Shown here in pieces: positions 9,950-19,011 of a stretch of 64,000 nt of DNA. The translations under genes were made by a program, and so were the position numbers. This DNA is from a virus (Duplodnaviria > Caudoviricetes), in the IMG/VR virus record IMGVR_UViG_2636416019_000001, positions 2,400-66,399 of that record; one strand, given 5' to 3'. Under the pieces are notes generated by a model. The model worked only from the letters and a program-made list of their open reading frames with translations, searched no databases and was not told the DNA's origin. Position 1 is the first letter of the stretch. Every line of letters starts with the position of its first letter.

Positions 9950-10396
9950 ATGAAAATTTGGGATCGGTATCAGGAAGAGCGAAAACACCGAAAAGATATT
10001 GAGGGGCAGATAAAGCGAATTGAACAACTCAGCAAAGTTGTTCCTGAGCAAAGTCTTGATATGGAGCTTTGGGGCTATGTTCCTGAGGAGATCAAAACTC
10101 TTGAGCAAGCTGAGCAGTGGTTAGCCGTGCTGCAAACGGCACAGCTTCGGCGCAGAGCTGAGCGTTATGGAATCGAAATGCCCGATACCTCCGCGGAAGA
10201 CTTGGGGCGCCGGATGGAATGGGATGCGGATCAAAACGAACCCTACTATTTGACTAGCAAGGGCATGCGCCTCGTGAATCTCGCGCTGCGAGAGGAAGAA
10301 AAGTATCGTTGGGATAAGTGGAATACGCGCATTTCAGTAACCATTGCGCCGCTCAGTTTGATCGTGGCGATCCTCGCACTTGTCTACGGTAAGTAA
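9950..10396 (+). CDS. hypothetical protein with C-terminal TM helix (antisense moron)
   Basis: MKIWDRYQEE...; C-terminal hydrophobic ISVTIAPLSLIVAILALVY. Confidence 0.75.
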   Translation: MKIWDRYQEERKHRKDIEGQIKRIEQLSKVVPEQSLDMELWGYVPEEIKTLEQAEQWLAVLQTAQLRRRAERYGIEMPDTSAEDLGRRMEWDADQNEPYYLTSKGMRLVNLALREEEKYRWDKWNTRISVTIAPLSLIVAILALVYGK

Positions 10397-10459
10397 GGTG
10401 CTGGCTGGCGTGATTCGTTGAAGTGGGGTATTGCTGGCGACTAGACGAAGGAGTGCGCC

Positions 10460-10720
10460 ATGAACTGGGTGATGCTTGCGGATTACGGATCGATCGCTGC
10501 TGGTGCTATATCGGCGTCATGCTGGATAGTCGCTGCGTTTGTGAAGGTCGATCCACCTGAGAGCCTGAAGGGGAAACCGGACGATGAGTACTGGGATGGG
10601 ATCGTCGTTAACGGCGCTGATCTCATCAAGACGTTGCGAGCCCAGGCTCAATGGAACAGCGCTGCTGCAGTTGCTGCAGCAATCACGGCAGCGCTTCAAA
10701 TTGCAGCCAAGATGGCATAG
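10460..10720 (+). CDS. small two-TM membrane protein (antisense moron)
   Basis: 86 aa, AAGGAG RBS, two hydrophobic segments. Confidence 0.75.
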   Translation: MNWVMLADYGSIAAGAISASCWIVAAFVKVDPPESLKGKPDDEYWDGIVVNGADLIKTLRAQAQWNSAAAVAAAITAALQIAAKMA

Positions 10721-10750
10721 CGGAAGACGCTGGCGGGTTGCGCTGGAGGG

Positions 10751-11161
10751 TCAGGCCGCGCGGACTTTGAAGGTGAGCATGGCTGTTGCGTTGTCGAAGC
10801 ACTCATCCAGCTCCTGATAGGCCCTGTACTTGGCCTGGCTGCGAGTGGCCGCCCAAACGCGCCTCACGTACTGGCGTGCATCGCCAATCATGTATTTCAC
10901 GTCATCCCAGTCGTACATGCCGTCGATGAGCACTTCCCACTGCTTGAGCGGTAGCTCTTCGGCCATGTCGCCGTACTGCATCTCCCAGGTCGGGTGGTAG
11001 TTCCGGATGCGCTTCTTCGGGTCGCTGTCGAGGATGACGCCGATGTAGTGGCCGCGGTCGGCGATGATGACGCCCGGCTCTCCGCTGGCGATCACTCGGC
11101 GCCCGACCTCGGCCGGCACGTTGTAGTGGTTGCGCACGTAGGCGCAGTTGAAATTGCTCAT
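10751..11161 (-). CDS. phage hypothetical protein
   Basis: YVRNHYNVPAEVGRRV...YHPTW motif; GGAG RBS. Confidence 0.75.
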   Translation of the reverse strand: MSNFNCAYVRNHYNVPAEVGRRVIASGEPGVIIADRGHYIGVILDSDPKKRIRNYHPTWEMQYGDMAEELPLKQWEVLIDGMYDWDDVKYMIGDARQYVRRVWAATRSQAKYRAYQELDECFDNATAMLTFKVRAA

Positions 11162-11276
11162 GGCTTTCTCCATGCGTGCGCCGCCCCCCGTGACCGGATG
11201 CGCAGCGGATAGTGGCAATTTGGGTTGGGTTGGAGTATTACGAGAGTCCGGCACGGGGCCGGGTAAGGGAGCTTTG

Positions 11277-11777
11277 ATGAAAATTCGAACGGAACATCAG
11301 AACCTTGGCGCTGCATTGATGCAAATCGCTGAGGATGACAACTTCACTGCAATCAATCCGCTTCGCCTCAAAGGGGTGAAGATCAATAACGCTTTTCTCA
11401 TCAACGCTGACACTTGCCTGTTTCTCAAGTACGGCCAGGAGCCTAAGGGGACTGCAGAGGAGTACAAGTTCACATTTTCCCCTGATGTTCTTGATTCCAT
11501 CGAGCTTTCGACGGAGTTCTACAAGAAGATATACATCGGCCTTGTTTGCGTGGAAGACCAGGAAATTTGTTGTATTGACATGGAGCAGATGACCGAAATG
11601 CTCCAGGCAAGGATTAAGTCAGCAGGTCAGGAAGAAGAGACTTACCAAGTACTGGTGACCGTTCCAGAAGGAAAGAGTCTACGGGCATACACCAACGCCT
11701 CAGGTCGCAAAGGCGTGATTGCAGGTAGAGAGAAGGTCATCTCACGTAGCCGATTCCCATCCTGCTTATTTGCTTAA
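11277..11777 (+). CDS. hypothetical protein (antisense moron), possibly nuclease-like fold
   Basis: 166 aa, AAGGGAG RBS, lower GC than neighbours. Confidence 0.8.
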   Translation: MKIRTEHQNLGAALMQIAEDDNFTAINPLRLKGVKINNAFLINADTCLFLKYGQEPKGTAEEYKFTFSPDVLDSIELSTEFYKKIYIGLVCVEDQEICCIDMEQMTEMLQARIKSAGQEEETYQVLVTVPEGKSLRAYTNASGRKGVIAGREKVISRSRFPSCLFA

Positions 11778-11786
11778 ATTATCCTC

Positions 11787-12020
11787 TCAATCGCCGTGAC
11801 CGATTCGAAGGGTTTCTCGGTCGTGGGCGAGTTTCAATTTCCGCGACACGTTTTCGGGTATCACGTATTCGTGTCGCGGAGGTTCGATAAGTGGCAGGGC
11901 GCTACCCGGGCCCAGGCCATGCAGATGATGAATCATCAGCGTGATTGCCTCGCCCTGTTCCTCGATACCGGCCCAGGCCATCAGCTCAGCCAAGGCCTGG
12001 CGGGGACCGGGCAGGCAGTG
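11787..12020 (-). pseudogene. 5'-truncated paralogue of the 12332-12655 gene
   Basis: RQALAELMAW..EAI..GP..PRH..ENVSR aligns with RQMLDELMAW..EAI..GP..PRH..ENVAR. Confidence 0.65.
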
Positions 12021-12112
12021 TGGGTTTCAGGGGTTGGTCTATTATTTGAATTCAATCTCGATGCCGATTTCGGCGAACCAATTGGCTCAGGCCATTGCTC
12101 GAAAGGTCTCAT

Positions 12113-12316
12113 ATGAAACTTAATATCTTTACCCTTGGCCTGCTCGCTGTTTTGGTTGGCTGCACAACCGCTGGACCATATGTCACCAACATATCAAGTG
12201 ATGGCCGTAATGGTCTGAACATTGAGAAGTGCGCTGTGAAGATGAATGCTTTCATGGGGACAGTGAGCACAACTGAATGCACGACTCAGAATTTGCAGCT
12301 CAGCCGAGGCAACTGA
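12113..12316 (+). CDS. small lipoprotein (antisense moron)
   Basis: signal peptide with lipobox LVGC; two further cysteines. Confidence 0.85.
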   Translation: MKLNIFTLGLLAVLVGCTTAGPYVTNISSDGRNGLNIEKCAVKMNAFMGTVSTTECTTQNLQLSRGN

Positions 12317-12331
12317 TTGCAGGTATGACAT

Positions 12332-12655
12332 TCAGGGCGTGAAGTGTTCGTCACCTGGATCACGCCTCAGTTCAGCCAAGCTCTCGTCCCGAAACATCCG
12401 CGCCACGTTTTCGCTTATCTGAACTTTGTGGCGCGGGCTTTCCATTGCTTGGTAGGACAGGGTCGGACCAAGCGCGTGAGCGTTCAGGATCAGGTTTTGG
12501 ATCGCCTCGCTGATTTCCTTGATGTCGTTCCAGGCCATCAACTCATCAAGCATCTGTCGGGTGCCCAGTCGAAGCCGGTGTCGCAGCTCCTTCTCGTCGT
12601 ACTCGATCCGCTTCAGCGCAGCCTTCGCCGATCGTTCTTTTCCACTCTTGGCCAT
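12332..12655 (-). CDS. phage hypothetical protein, possibly ribbon-helix-helix DNA binder
   Basis: 107 aa; LRHRLRLGTRQMLDELM...SEAIQNLI pattern. Confidence 0.7.
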   Translation of the reverse strand: MAKSGKERSAKAALKRIEYDEKELRHRLRLGTRQMLDELMAWNDIKEISEAIQNLILNAHALGPTLSYQAMESPRHKVQISENVARMFRDESLAELRRDPGDEHFTP

Positions 12656-12724
12656 GGCCTACCTCTTCGATTCCGCTGGCCGGCAGTGCCAGCCAGGTCT
12701 GTCGTTTACGTTGTTGGGTGCGGG

Positions 12725-13195
12725 CTATGCGGCGCATGAATCGACCTTTACCTGATGCCAGGCCCCGACCGCTTCGAAGATCCGCGCTGCATGATCCTCG
12801 TCGAGCGACATCGCCTCGGGAATGGCGATCCATCCCGAGGCCACCATCTGGCTTTGGTTGGCTGAGTCACGCAGCTCCTTGTAGCAATGCTCGATCACGT
12901 CCTCCAGGTGGTCGGAGAGGTAGACGCCTTCCGGAGCCACCTCAATCGACTTGCTGTAGCGGTCGCCGCGGGCATCAATGCATAGAGCGCTGAGGTAGAT
13001 CGTCCACCAGTGTGGAATGCCGCAGACGGCCTGGCCGATCTTCCCAGGCGCGATGCTCTTCAGCGACTTGTAATTGATCATGCCCTGGCGACCGCTCGGG
13101 TCGATGTTCACCACTGCGACGTGGTTGGTGCTGAGCAGGGCCCGGCAGGATCGTTCGATCCTGGCCTTGAGGTTGTGAGGCTTGCGCTTGCTCAT
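12725..13195 (-). CDS. phage hypothetical protein
   Basis: 156-aa ORF translationally coupled in the early left operon. Confidence 0.75.
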   Translation of the reverse strand: MSKRKPHNLKARIERSCRALLSTNHVAVVNIDPSGRQGMINYKSLKSIAPGKIGQAVCGIPHWWTIYLSALCIDARGDRYSKSIEVAPEGVYLSDHLEDVIEHCYKELRDSANQSQMVASGWIAIPEAMSLDEDHAARIFEAVGAWHQVKVDSCAA

Positions 13196-13434
13196 AGTGA
13201 GTCCGCCATTTTTCGAAGGGCGCGGCGCTCGGCCAGGGTCAGCGGCCGTGGCTTTCGCTTGAGGACCGTTTCAGGGTCTACCCAGTCCCGTCGCGCAGGC
13301 TTGGGCTCCGGTCGAACAGGCGGCAACTCCTTGTATGTGCCACCGCGCCGCGTCCAGAAATCAGTCATTGCAGCAGCGATTCGATCAGACTCAGCTTGTT
13401 TCGCTCGTACTGTGTTGAGGTTGAGACTGATCAT
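13192..13434 (-). CDS. phage hypothetical protein
   Basis: 80 aa, overlapping start/stop with both neighbours. Confidence 0.7.
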   Translation of the reverse strand: MISLNLNTVRAKQAESDRIAAAMTDFWTRRGGTYKELPPVRPEPKPARRDWVDPETVLKRKPRPLTLAERRALRKMADSL

Positions 13435-14198
13435 GCTGCCTTACTCCTCAGCTTGGCCTCGTACTGATCGACTAGCAGCTTGAACTGCCAGAGGTCTTCC
13501 TCGAGCTTTTCGATGTAGTCGTCATCGCGCTTGAACTCTTGCAGCCAGAGCTGGCGGCCTACCGGCTTAAGAAGTGGGCAGTACATCCCGATGTGCCACC
13601 ACTTCTTTTCAGTGATCCACATACATCCCTGCACCTGGTCTATGACGTCGCTTGCATCGTTGTCGATGTGGAAGGCGCGGAGCTTGTCCGGAGCGAGGAA
13701 GCACTTGTACTCAGCGCCGCCATCCTCGCCGATGAAGCCGTCTGCGCTTGCGCCGAAAACTCCGTCGTCGGTTTTCACAAGTCCGACCTGATTCACAATG
13801 AGGCCGGTCTGAATTTCGTGCTCCATGCGCGCTTCCGGCTCCAGTTCGTGCCCCCGACGCATTTGCCAGGTCTCGAACCCTCCATCCAGCGGTGCGCCGC
13901 CGATTCGCTCAACGGCCAGCTCGAAGGCATAGGTCAGTGCGGCATTCGAAGGTTCGCCGACTTTCTCGCCATCTAGAGCGCGCTGCACGACTTCTGCCTT
14001 CGGTCCCGCCTTGTAGCCGGCCAAGTCGCGGGCTTTGCTTTCGCTATGGCCGGCCAGGATCGCGTCGACATACGTCCGCTGTTGGGCGGTGAGCCCATTC
14101 ACCTTTGAGCGGGCAGTGCTGAACATACTGGCGGTGATTACCCCGGCGCGGCCTTGCAGCCACTCAGCGGATCCTTGAGTGCAGCTGAGGACAATCAT
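13431..14198 (-). CDS. YqaJ/lambda-exonuclease family protein
   Basis: QGSAEWLQGRAGVITAS, RGHELEPEAR, GASADG, EYKC, QVQGCMW motifs. Confidence 0.92.
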   Translation of the reverse strand: MIVLSCTQGSAEWLQGRAGVITASMFSTARSKVNGLTAQQRTYVDAILAGHSESKARDLAGYKAGPKAEVVQRALDGEKVGEPSNAALTYAFELAVERIGGAPLDGGFETWQMRRGHELEPEARMEHEIQTGLIVNQVGLVKTDDGVFGASADGFIGEDGGAEYKCFLAPDKLRAFHIDNDASDVIDQVQGCMWITEKKWWHIGMYCPLLKPVGRQLWLQEFKRDDDYIEKLEEDLWQFKLLVDQYEAKLRSKAA

Positions 14199-14953
14199 TG
14201 TTTTGCCTCCAGTTCGTCTTTTCGCTTGGTGACTGCAATCTTCACCGTGTCGTAACCAACCTTGTCGCCACTGGCCTGCAGCACCTTCAGGGCTGCCTGC
14301 CACACATCCTTGAGTTCGTCGGGCGAGGCTGTCTGTCCAACCCGCTCGAGGATGTCCTCAATCACCTGGGATCGCATGTCCTCGCTGTCGGAGCCATCAG
14401 ATGTCTGGGCGTCATCGTCGCGGGTTTCGCTGGTGGTGATGTTCAGCAGCGCGCACATGACGTAGCGCTTGCCGTAGGTGGTAGATGAGCCAACCGCCTG
14501 TACTTCGTTTCGACCTTTGCCGATATCTGCCGGGAGAGTCATCGTGGTTTGCTCTCTATGTCCGTCGCGGTGCATCAGGATGCCGGTGACACTGATCGCC
14601 TTGTCGAGGTTTTCTACCTTGAAGGTGATCGCGAAACCGTGTCGCTGCATGATCGGCTTGATGATTCGCGTGATGTCGTCGAGGGTTGCGTAGGCGTTAC
14701 CAGTGTGAAGGTTCACAGCGGCTTCGAAGACCGTTGGTATCTCACACTGCATCTGGGCCATACCGGCGTTGAAGGCCGCTTCAGCGGCCTTGTCCTGCAT
14801 GCGTTCGTGCATGGCCAGCAGCCGTTCCATCTTTTCGATATCGCAGGACGGATCGGCGGCCGCGCGGCTGATGACCGCCATGATGCTGTTGTCCGTCGAG
14901 ATTGGCACTACAGCTTGCCGGCGCTGCTCCGGCATGATGATTTCGGTGGACAT
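14195..14953 (-). CDS. ERF-family single-strand annealing protein
   Basis: YATLDDI and QAVGSSTTYGKRY..DDDA signature. Confidence 0.9.
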   Translation of the reverse strand: MSTEIIMPEQRRQAVVPISTDNSIMAVISRAAADPSCDIEKMERLLAMHERMQDKAAEAAFNAGMAQMQCEIPTVFEAAVNLHTGNAYATLDDITRIIKPIMQRHGFAITFKVENLDKAISVTGILMHRDGHREQTTMTLPADIGKGRNEVQAVGSSTTYGKRYVMCALLNITTSETRDDDAQTSDGSDSEDMRSQVIEDILERVGQTASPDELKDVWQAALKVLQASGDKVGYDTVKIAVTKRKDELEAKQ

Positions 14954-14963
14954 GCTGGCCTCC

Positions 14964-16067
14964 TCAGAAGTGGATGGTGATGCTTGGGACTTCGCCGCGG
15001 GCGATCTTGAGGACGATGGCCTTGGCCAACTCTTCGGTGATATTCAGCGACATCAGTGCTTCTTTTGCCGCCCCCATAACCTTTGACTTGTGAGCTTTGT
15101 CAGCTTCGCGAGCCTGCTGTTGGCGCAGAATCTCGTCAGCAGCCTCGTTCTGGCGTTTGATCTCATCCAGGCGCGCTTGCTCTACCGCAGCAGCTTGTCG
15201 CTCGATTCCTTCCAGACGTTCGCGCTCCGCTTTCTGCTCTGCCTCAACCTGTTCGCGCTTTGCCTGTTCTGCACGGCGCTCGGCCTCTGCTGCCTGAAGC
15301 TTCAGATCGTTTTCGCGCTTCTCGGCAGCCTCTTTTTCATCACGGAAGCGCTTAGATTCTTCATCTCTGGCGCGCTGAGCCCTTTCTTCTGCTTCCTGAG
15401 TAGCGCGCTCTGCGGCCTCTCGGGCGATCTGGTCATCACGATCCTTCTTGTCGCGAGCTTCTTTCTCCTCGCGGAGCCGAGTCAATTCGGCCTGTTCTGC
15501 CTCGAACCTAGCGCGTTCAGCGTGCAGCCCGCGCAGGACGATCAGTGTTTGATCCTTGGCCAGGGCTGCCTCGGGCAAGAACTCCTCCCAGGAGTCGTCG
15601 AGAGCCAGCAGTTCCAGGTCGGCGATGACCTGGGCGACATGGGCGGCTGTCGGTGGCTCGTCGAAGCTGGCCATGTCCTTGATGCTCTGGATGCCGTCGA
15701 TGTGCTTGTCGGTCCTGGCCAGTTCTTTTTGCTCCCAGTCCGTCAGAGGCTGGCGGGTGGCATCGCGAAGGGCGTCCATCTTGTTGACGAACTCGCGCAG
15801 CTCGGCCTCCACTACCTTGGGCATTTCCTTCAGGCGCTTGAGGTAGTCGCGACCCGGCTTTTCAACGGCCGTCTTCGACTTGCTGACCTTTGCCGCCAGA
15901 GAGGCGATGCGCTCGCGGCCTTTGCGAGTGGTCAGGTCTGGAACCTCGGCGGTGACCTCAGCGGCTACCGCGTCGAAGAACTGGCCAAGGCCGCCGGCGA
16001 CATAGATGGCCGGTGCGTTTTCTTCGCTAATGTCGTCGATCTTGATGACTTGCTGTTGTGCGGACAC
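14964..16067 (-). CDS. coiled-coil phage protein
   Basis: 367 aa; KGRERIASLAAKVSKSK N-terminus and long E/R/A-rich helix. Confidence 0.85.
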   Translation of the reverse strand: MSAQQQVIKIDDISEENAPAIYVAGGLGQFFDAVAAEVTAEVPDLTTRKGRERIASLAAKVSKSKTAVEKPGRDYLKRLKEMPKVVEAELREFVNKMDALRDATRQPLTDWEQKELARTDKHIDGIQSIKDMASFDEPPTAAHVAQVIADLELLALDDSWEEFLPEAALAKDQTLIVLRGLHAERARFEAEQAELTRLREEKEARDKKDRDDQIAREAAERATQEAEERAQRARDEESKRFRDEKEAAEKRENDLKLQAAEAERRAEQAKREQVEAEQKAERERLEGIERQAAAVEQARLDEIKRQNEAADEILRQQQAREADKAHKSKVMGAAKEALMSLNITEELAKAIVLKIARGEVPSITIHF

Positions 16068-16111
16068 GGGGAATCCTTGGCCGCGACGTGCGCAGCGCTT
16101 GAAATTGAAGG

Positions 16112-16347
16112 TCAGGAGGTGATGCGGTCGGCCAGGGCGCCGAGCAACATCAGGAAGCTACAAAGGGAGAGGGTGATTGCAGATCCGCGCCAGTAGGCCG
16201 CGCGGCGGGCGCTTTGGAGGCGGCTCACCGCCGCATCTCTGTCGAAAGGACAGGGAGCTGGCAGGTTCCAGCGCTTTCCCGCGCGACGATTTGAGCAATG
16301 AGCACCACCGTCAAGAAAACCGCCAAGATCCAGTAGGTGCTCTTCAT
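16112..16347 (-). CDS. two coupled small hydrophobic ORFs (16225-16347, 40 aa; 16112-16228, 38 aa)
   Basis: translated by hand: MKSTYWILAVFLTVVLIAQ... and VSRLQSARRAAYWRGSAITLSLCSFLMLLGALADRITS; ATGA/GTGA overlaps. Confidence 0.55.
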
Positions 16348-16532
16348 GGTCGAACCCTCACCGCGACCCGTCCGTCTTTCATCGTGGGCTCAAGCTGCTT
16401 TGGCAGCATGGCAATCGGGAACTCGCGAGACGCCAGTTCATCAGGTGCGGCAACGTAGCCAATGATTTGCAGCTTGCGCTCGATGTCCTCGATCTGCTCG
16501 TCGATCAAGGTTTTTACCGGTGGAGTACTCAC
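16344..16532 (-). CDS. phage hypothetical protein
   Basis: VSTPPVKTLIDEQIEDIERKL, coupled to neighbours. Confidence 0.6.
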   Translation of the reverse strand: MSTPPVKTLIDEQIEDIERKLQIIGYVAAPDELASREFPIAMLPKQLEPTMKDGRVAVRVRP

Positions 16533-16723
16533 ATTGCCTCCTTGCGCCGCTGACAGGCAGTCATCAAGCGCTTGCAGTAGTGATTGAATTCGTCGGTGGT
16601 GATTGCGCCGTCGGTGAACAGGCGGGTGATCAGGCCCTGTACAAGGACATCGATGTCCGACTGACTGTTTTGATCTGCTACACCATCGAGAGCCTGGTCG
16701 ATGAGGATGTGCGGGCTCACCAC
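16529..16723 (-). CDS. phage hypothetical protein
   Basis: 64 aa, coupled ORF. Confidence 0.65.
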   Translation of the reverse strand: MVSPHILIDQALDGVADQNSQSDIDVLVQGLITRLFTDGAITTDEFNHYCKRLMTACQRRKEAM

Positions 16724-17148
16724 CCAGCCTCCCGTTCGAGTTCGTCCTGCTCGGCCTGCAGGGCGATGGCTTTCGCCGCGTGCGGACGCAGCAGTTCAAG
16801 GGCAACTTCCTTTCGAGCAGTCTTGGAGCCCAGCAGGTATACCTGCAGGTCAAACATCCGGCCGCTACTGCCGAAGTTGCCGGCCAGGGCCAGAAGCTCG
16901 CCGAAGGCGTCGATCTGGTCGCGTCCATCTTTCTGGCGTTGATTGGCCAGGTCCTGAAGTGCTTGCCAGTAGTGAGCCTGGGTGACTTCGCCGCGGTCAG
17001 CCTTGCGGTAGCCCCACTCAATGCGATACCCGAGAGTCAGGCGCTCAGCGTTCGTCCCAAGCCATTCCGCTTCCGCTGGGTTTTCATCGCTCACCGGAGG
17101 CGGCTGGCGGTTGTCGTACTCAAACTGCGCTTTGCGTAGTGCGCTCAT
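16717..17148 (-). CDS. phage hypothetical protein
   Basis: 143 aa, GGAGG RBS. Confidence 0.75.
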   Translation of the reverse strand: MSALRKAQFEYDNRQPPPVSDENPAEAEWLGTNAERLTLGYRIEWGYRKADRGEVTQAHYWQALQDLANQRQKDGRDQIDAFGELLALAGNFGSSGRMFDLQVYLLGSKTARKEVALELLRPHAAKAIALQAEQDELEREAGW

Positions 17149-17169
17149 GGCGACCTCCAGTGTTTGGGG

Positions 17170-17679
17170 TTAGGCGGCACGCGACTGGCGCCCGTGATTT
17201 GGGTGGAAGCCGAAGCTCAGCTCGGCAGACTTCCGCGCAGCGACTGCATCCAGCAAAGTGCCGAATGTGCCCAGAGTGATTAGGGTTCTATTTGCGCGAA
17301 TGCGGGCGGTGAAGTTGCCGTGCTTTTGATTGAACTGAATCCCAAGCACGCCGATTCGGTTTGCATCGCTCAGCGCGAGGTTTTTGTTGTTCTCTGCAGC
17401 CGTTACTGCCCGCAAGTTTTCAATTCGGTTGTCCAGCCTGTTTCCGTTGATGTGGTCAATGTGCATCCCATCCAGCAGTTCGCCGTGATGAAGACACCAG
17501 ATCACGCGGTGCACGTAGTACTGAACCTTGAACTTGTTCACGATTCGATAGCCATCAGGCCGAGGGCTGCCGGCTTCTTTGCCTTTGTTGAAACCGCCCG
17601 ACCAAAGAAGTTGGCCGTTGGCGTAGCTGAAGTATTCGGCGAGCTGGTGCTCTTTAAGGCGCATACGCTCTCCTGCCAT
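17170..17679 (-). CDS. HNH homing endonuclease with AP2-like C-terminus
   Basis: VHRVIW..IDHINGNRLDNRIENLR; LGTF..AVAARK. Confidence 0.9.
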   Translation of the reverse strand: MAGERMRLKEHQLAEYFSYANGQLLWSGGFNKGKEAGSPRPDGYRIVNKFKVQYYVHRVIWCLHHGELLDGMHIDHINGNRLDNRIENLRAVTAAENNKNLALSDANRIGVLGIQFNQKHGNFTARIRANRTLITLGTFGTLLDAVAARKSAELSFGFHPNHGRQSRAA

Positions 17680-17711
17680 GAGGCTAAGTGCGTTTGTCGG
17701 GGAGGGTGGGT

Positions 17712-17903
17712 GCAGATGGCCGGAGCTGATCCCGGCATGACTATTAGCGGCCTTAGTGACACCGGAGTTTCACCGGGGCGAAGGTTTCAGCCGCTTATTC
17801 TTGGACTCGCCGTGGCCATCTGGGCGCTTACTCACTCTACCAGCCACGATTCCCGCGATCCCTCAGGTCTTACACTTGCCCGTCAGTCCGGGCATTCATC
17901 TGC
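17712..17903 (-). ncRNA. putative structured RNA A (cloverleaf-like, kissing loops)
   Basis: closing stem GCAGATG/CATCTGC; hairpins GCCCG-GACTGA-CGGGC and GCCGG-GATCAGCT-CCGGC. Confidence 0.55.
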
Positions 17904-17948
17904 TTGTTGCGGTGATGCAGGTGGGCGGTTATAGGCCGCAGTTTCGTC

Positions 17949-18109
17949 CGCATCGGGGTGTGATCTAGCCGGTGCTGATCTCCGACTTGTTAGTCTGGTT
18001 GCTTTGCAGACTTTTAAACGGCGTCTTTTCAAGAGTTTCCCAAGCAACTGGGGCTGCTGTAGCCGCTATCAACGCATCAGCCTGCGTATTCAGATCACAC
18101 CCCGATGCG
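17949..18109 (-). ncRNA. putative structured RNA B (same architecture as A)
   Basis: perfect 18-bp closing stem; hairpins ACGCA-GGCTGA-TGCGT and GTCGG-AGATCAGCA-CCGGC. Confidence 0.6.
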
Positions 18110-18162
18110 CTCTCATAGAGAGGATCGGGCAGTTAACGACAGGCTGTCGTGGCGCTGGTTGT

Positions 18163-18942
18163 TCAGTCGTCGAACCCGTAAGAGAAATCGCTTTCCTCGC
18201 AGTCGATCAGCAGGACGGCTTCACCGAAATAAAGCGAAGCCAGGATGCGCTCCCATTTCGAGCGGATATTCATTTTGATCGAAACCTTTTTCGCGTCGAG
18301 CTGGGCGCTATACACCTTCCCGAATTCGACTTTCGGTCTCCAGTGGTCGCCGGTTTCGCGCTCACCTTCAACCATCACATGGATGTTGTGTTTAAGGCTG
18401 TAGTCGCTACGGCGCTCATTGCTGTAGCTGTACCGACTCCCACCTTCTGGCTGCGGATCGAAGTAGATGTGGTAGAACTTGTGAGAATGGCTGTCGTCTT
18501 CAATGATGCGGATTTCCGGGGCGCTCCATCGCTCGTCCGCAGCCTCTTCTTTGTGTTCATCAATGAATGCGTCGAGCAAATCCTTCAGCGAAATCTCACC
18601 TGTGAGCAGACCTTCACCGGTCAACACCTCAGTGATGGATGCGTCGGCCTGCTTCATGATTGCCGACTCCATGCCCGCTGCCTCCCAGCGCTCCCGCAAA
18701 GCATTGGCGATCAGTGCGTTGTAGCGCTGAAGCTCAAACATGTCGGTGACATTGGCCGGAAAGGCTTCCTTCACGGCCGTTTTTATTGACTCGCCGATGG
18801 TGCCATAAGATCTGAAGGCGTCTTCGACGACGCTTTTGAACATCTTGTCGATGCCCTCATCGATCAGCTCGCGAGGGCGATCAGACAGGGCGTAGGTGCT
18901 GACACGTTCGGCCAGCAGTTGCTGAAGCGTTTGTTCGCTCAT
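18163..18942 (-). CDS. phage hypothetical protein
   Basis: 259-aa ORF, GGAG RBS. Confidence 0.8.
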   Translation of the reverse strand: MSEQTLQQLLAERVSTYALSDRPRELIDEGIDKMFKSVVEDAFRSYGTIGESIKTAVKEAFPANVTDMFELQRYNALIANALRERWEAAGMESAIMKQADASITEVLTGEGLLTGEISLKDLLDAFIDEHKEEAADERWSAPEIRIIEDDSHSHKFYHIYFDPQPEGGSRYSYSNERRSDYSLKHNIHVMVEGERETGDHWRPKVEFGKVYSAQLDAKKVSIKMNIRSKWERILASLYFGEAVLLIDCEESDFSYGFDD

Positions 18943-19011
18943 TTGATGCTCCGTGCTTGATCGGTTGATTTCCCGTCTGGCCCTGTCGCCAAGGCCAGCC
19001 AGTGAAATCGC

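Noticed and set aside
9882-16066. identical 14-nt gene starts (MSAQQ) at 9882-9895 and 16053-16066
   Set aside because: A single short match; at most a mosaic boundary, not enough for a claim
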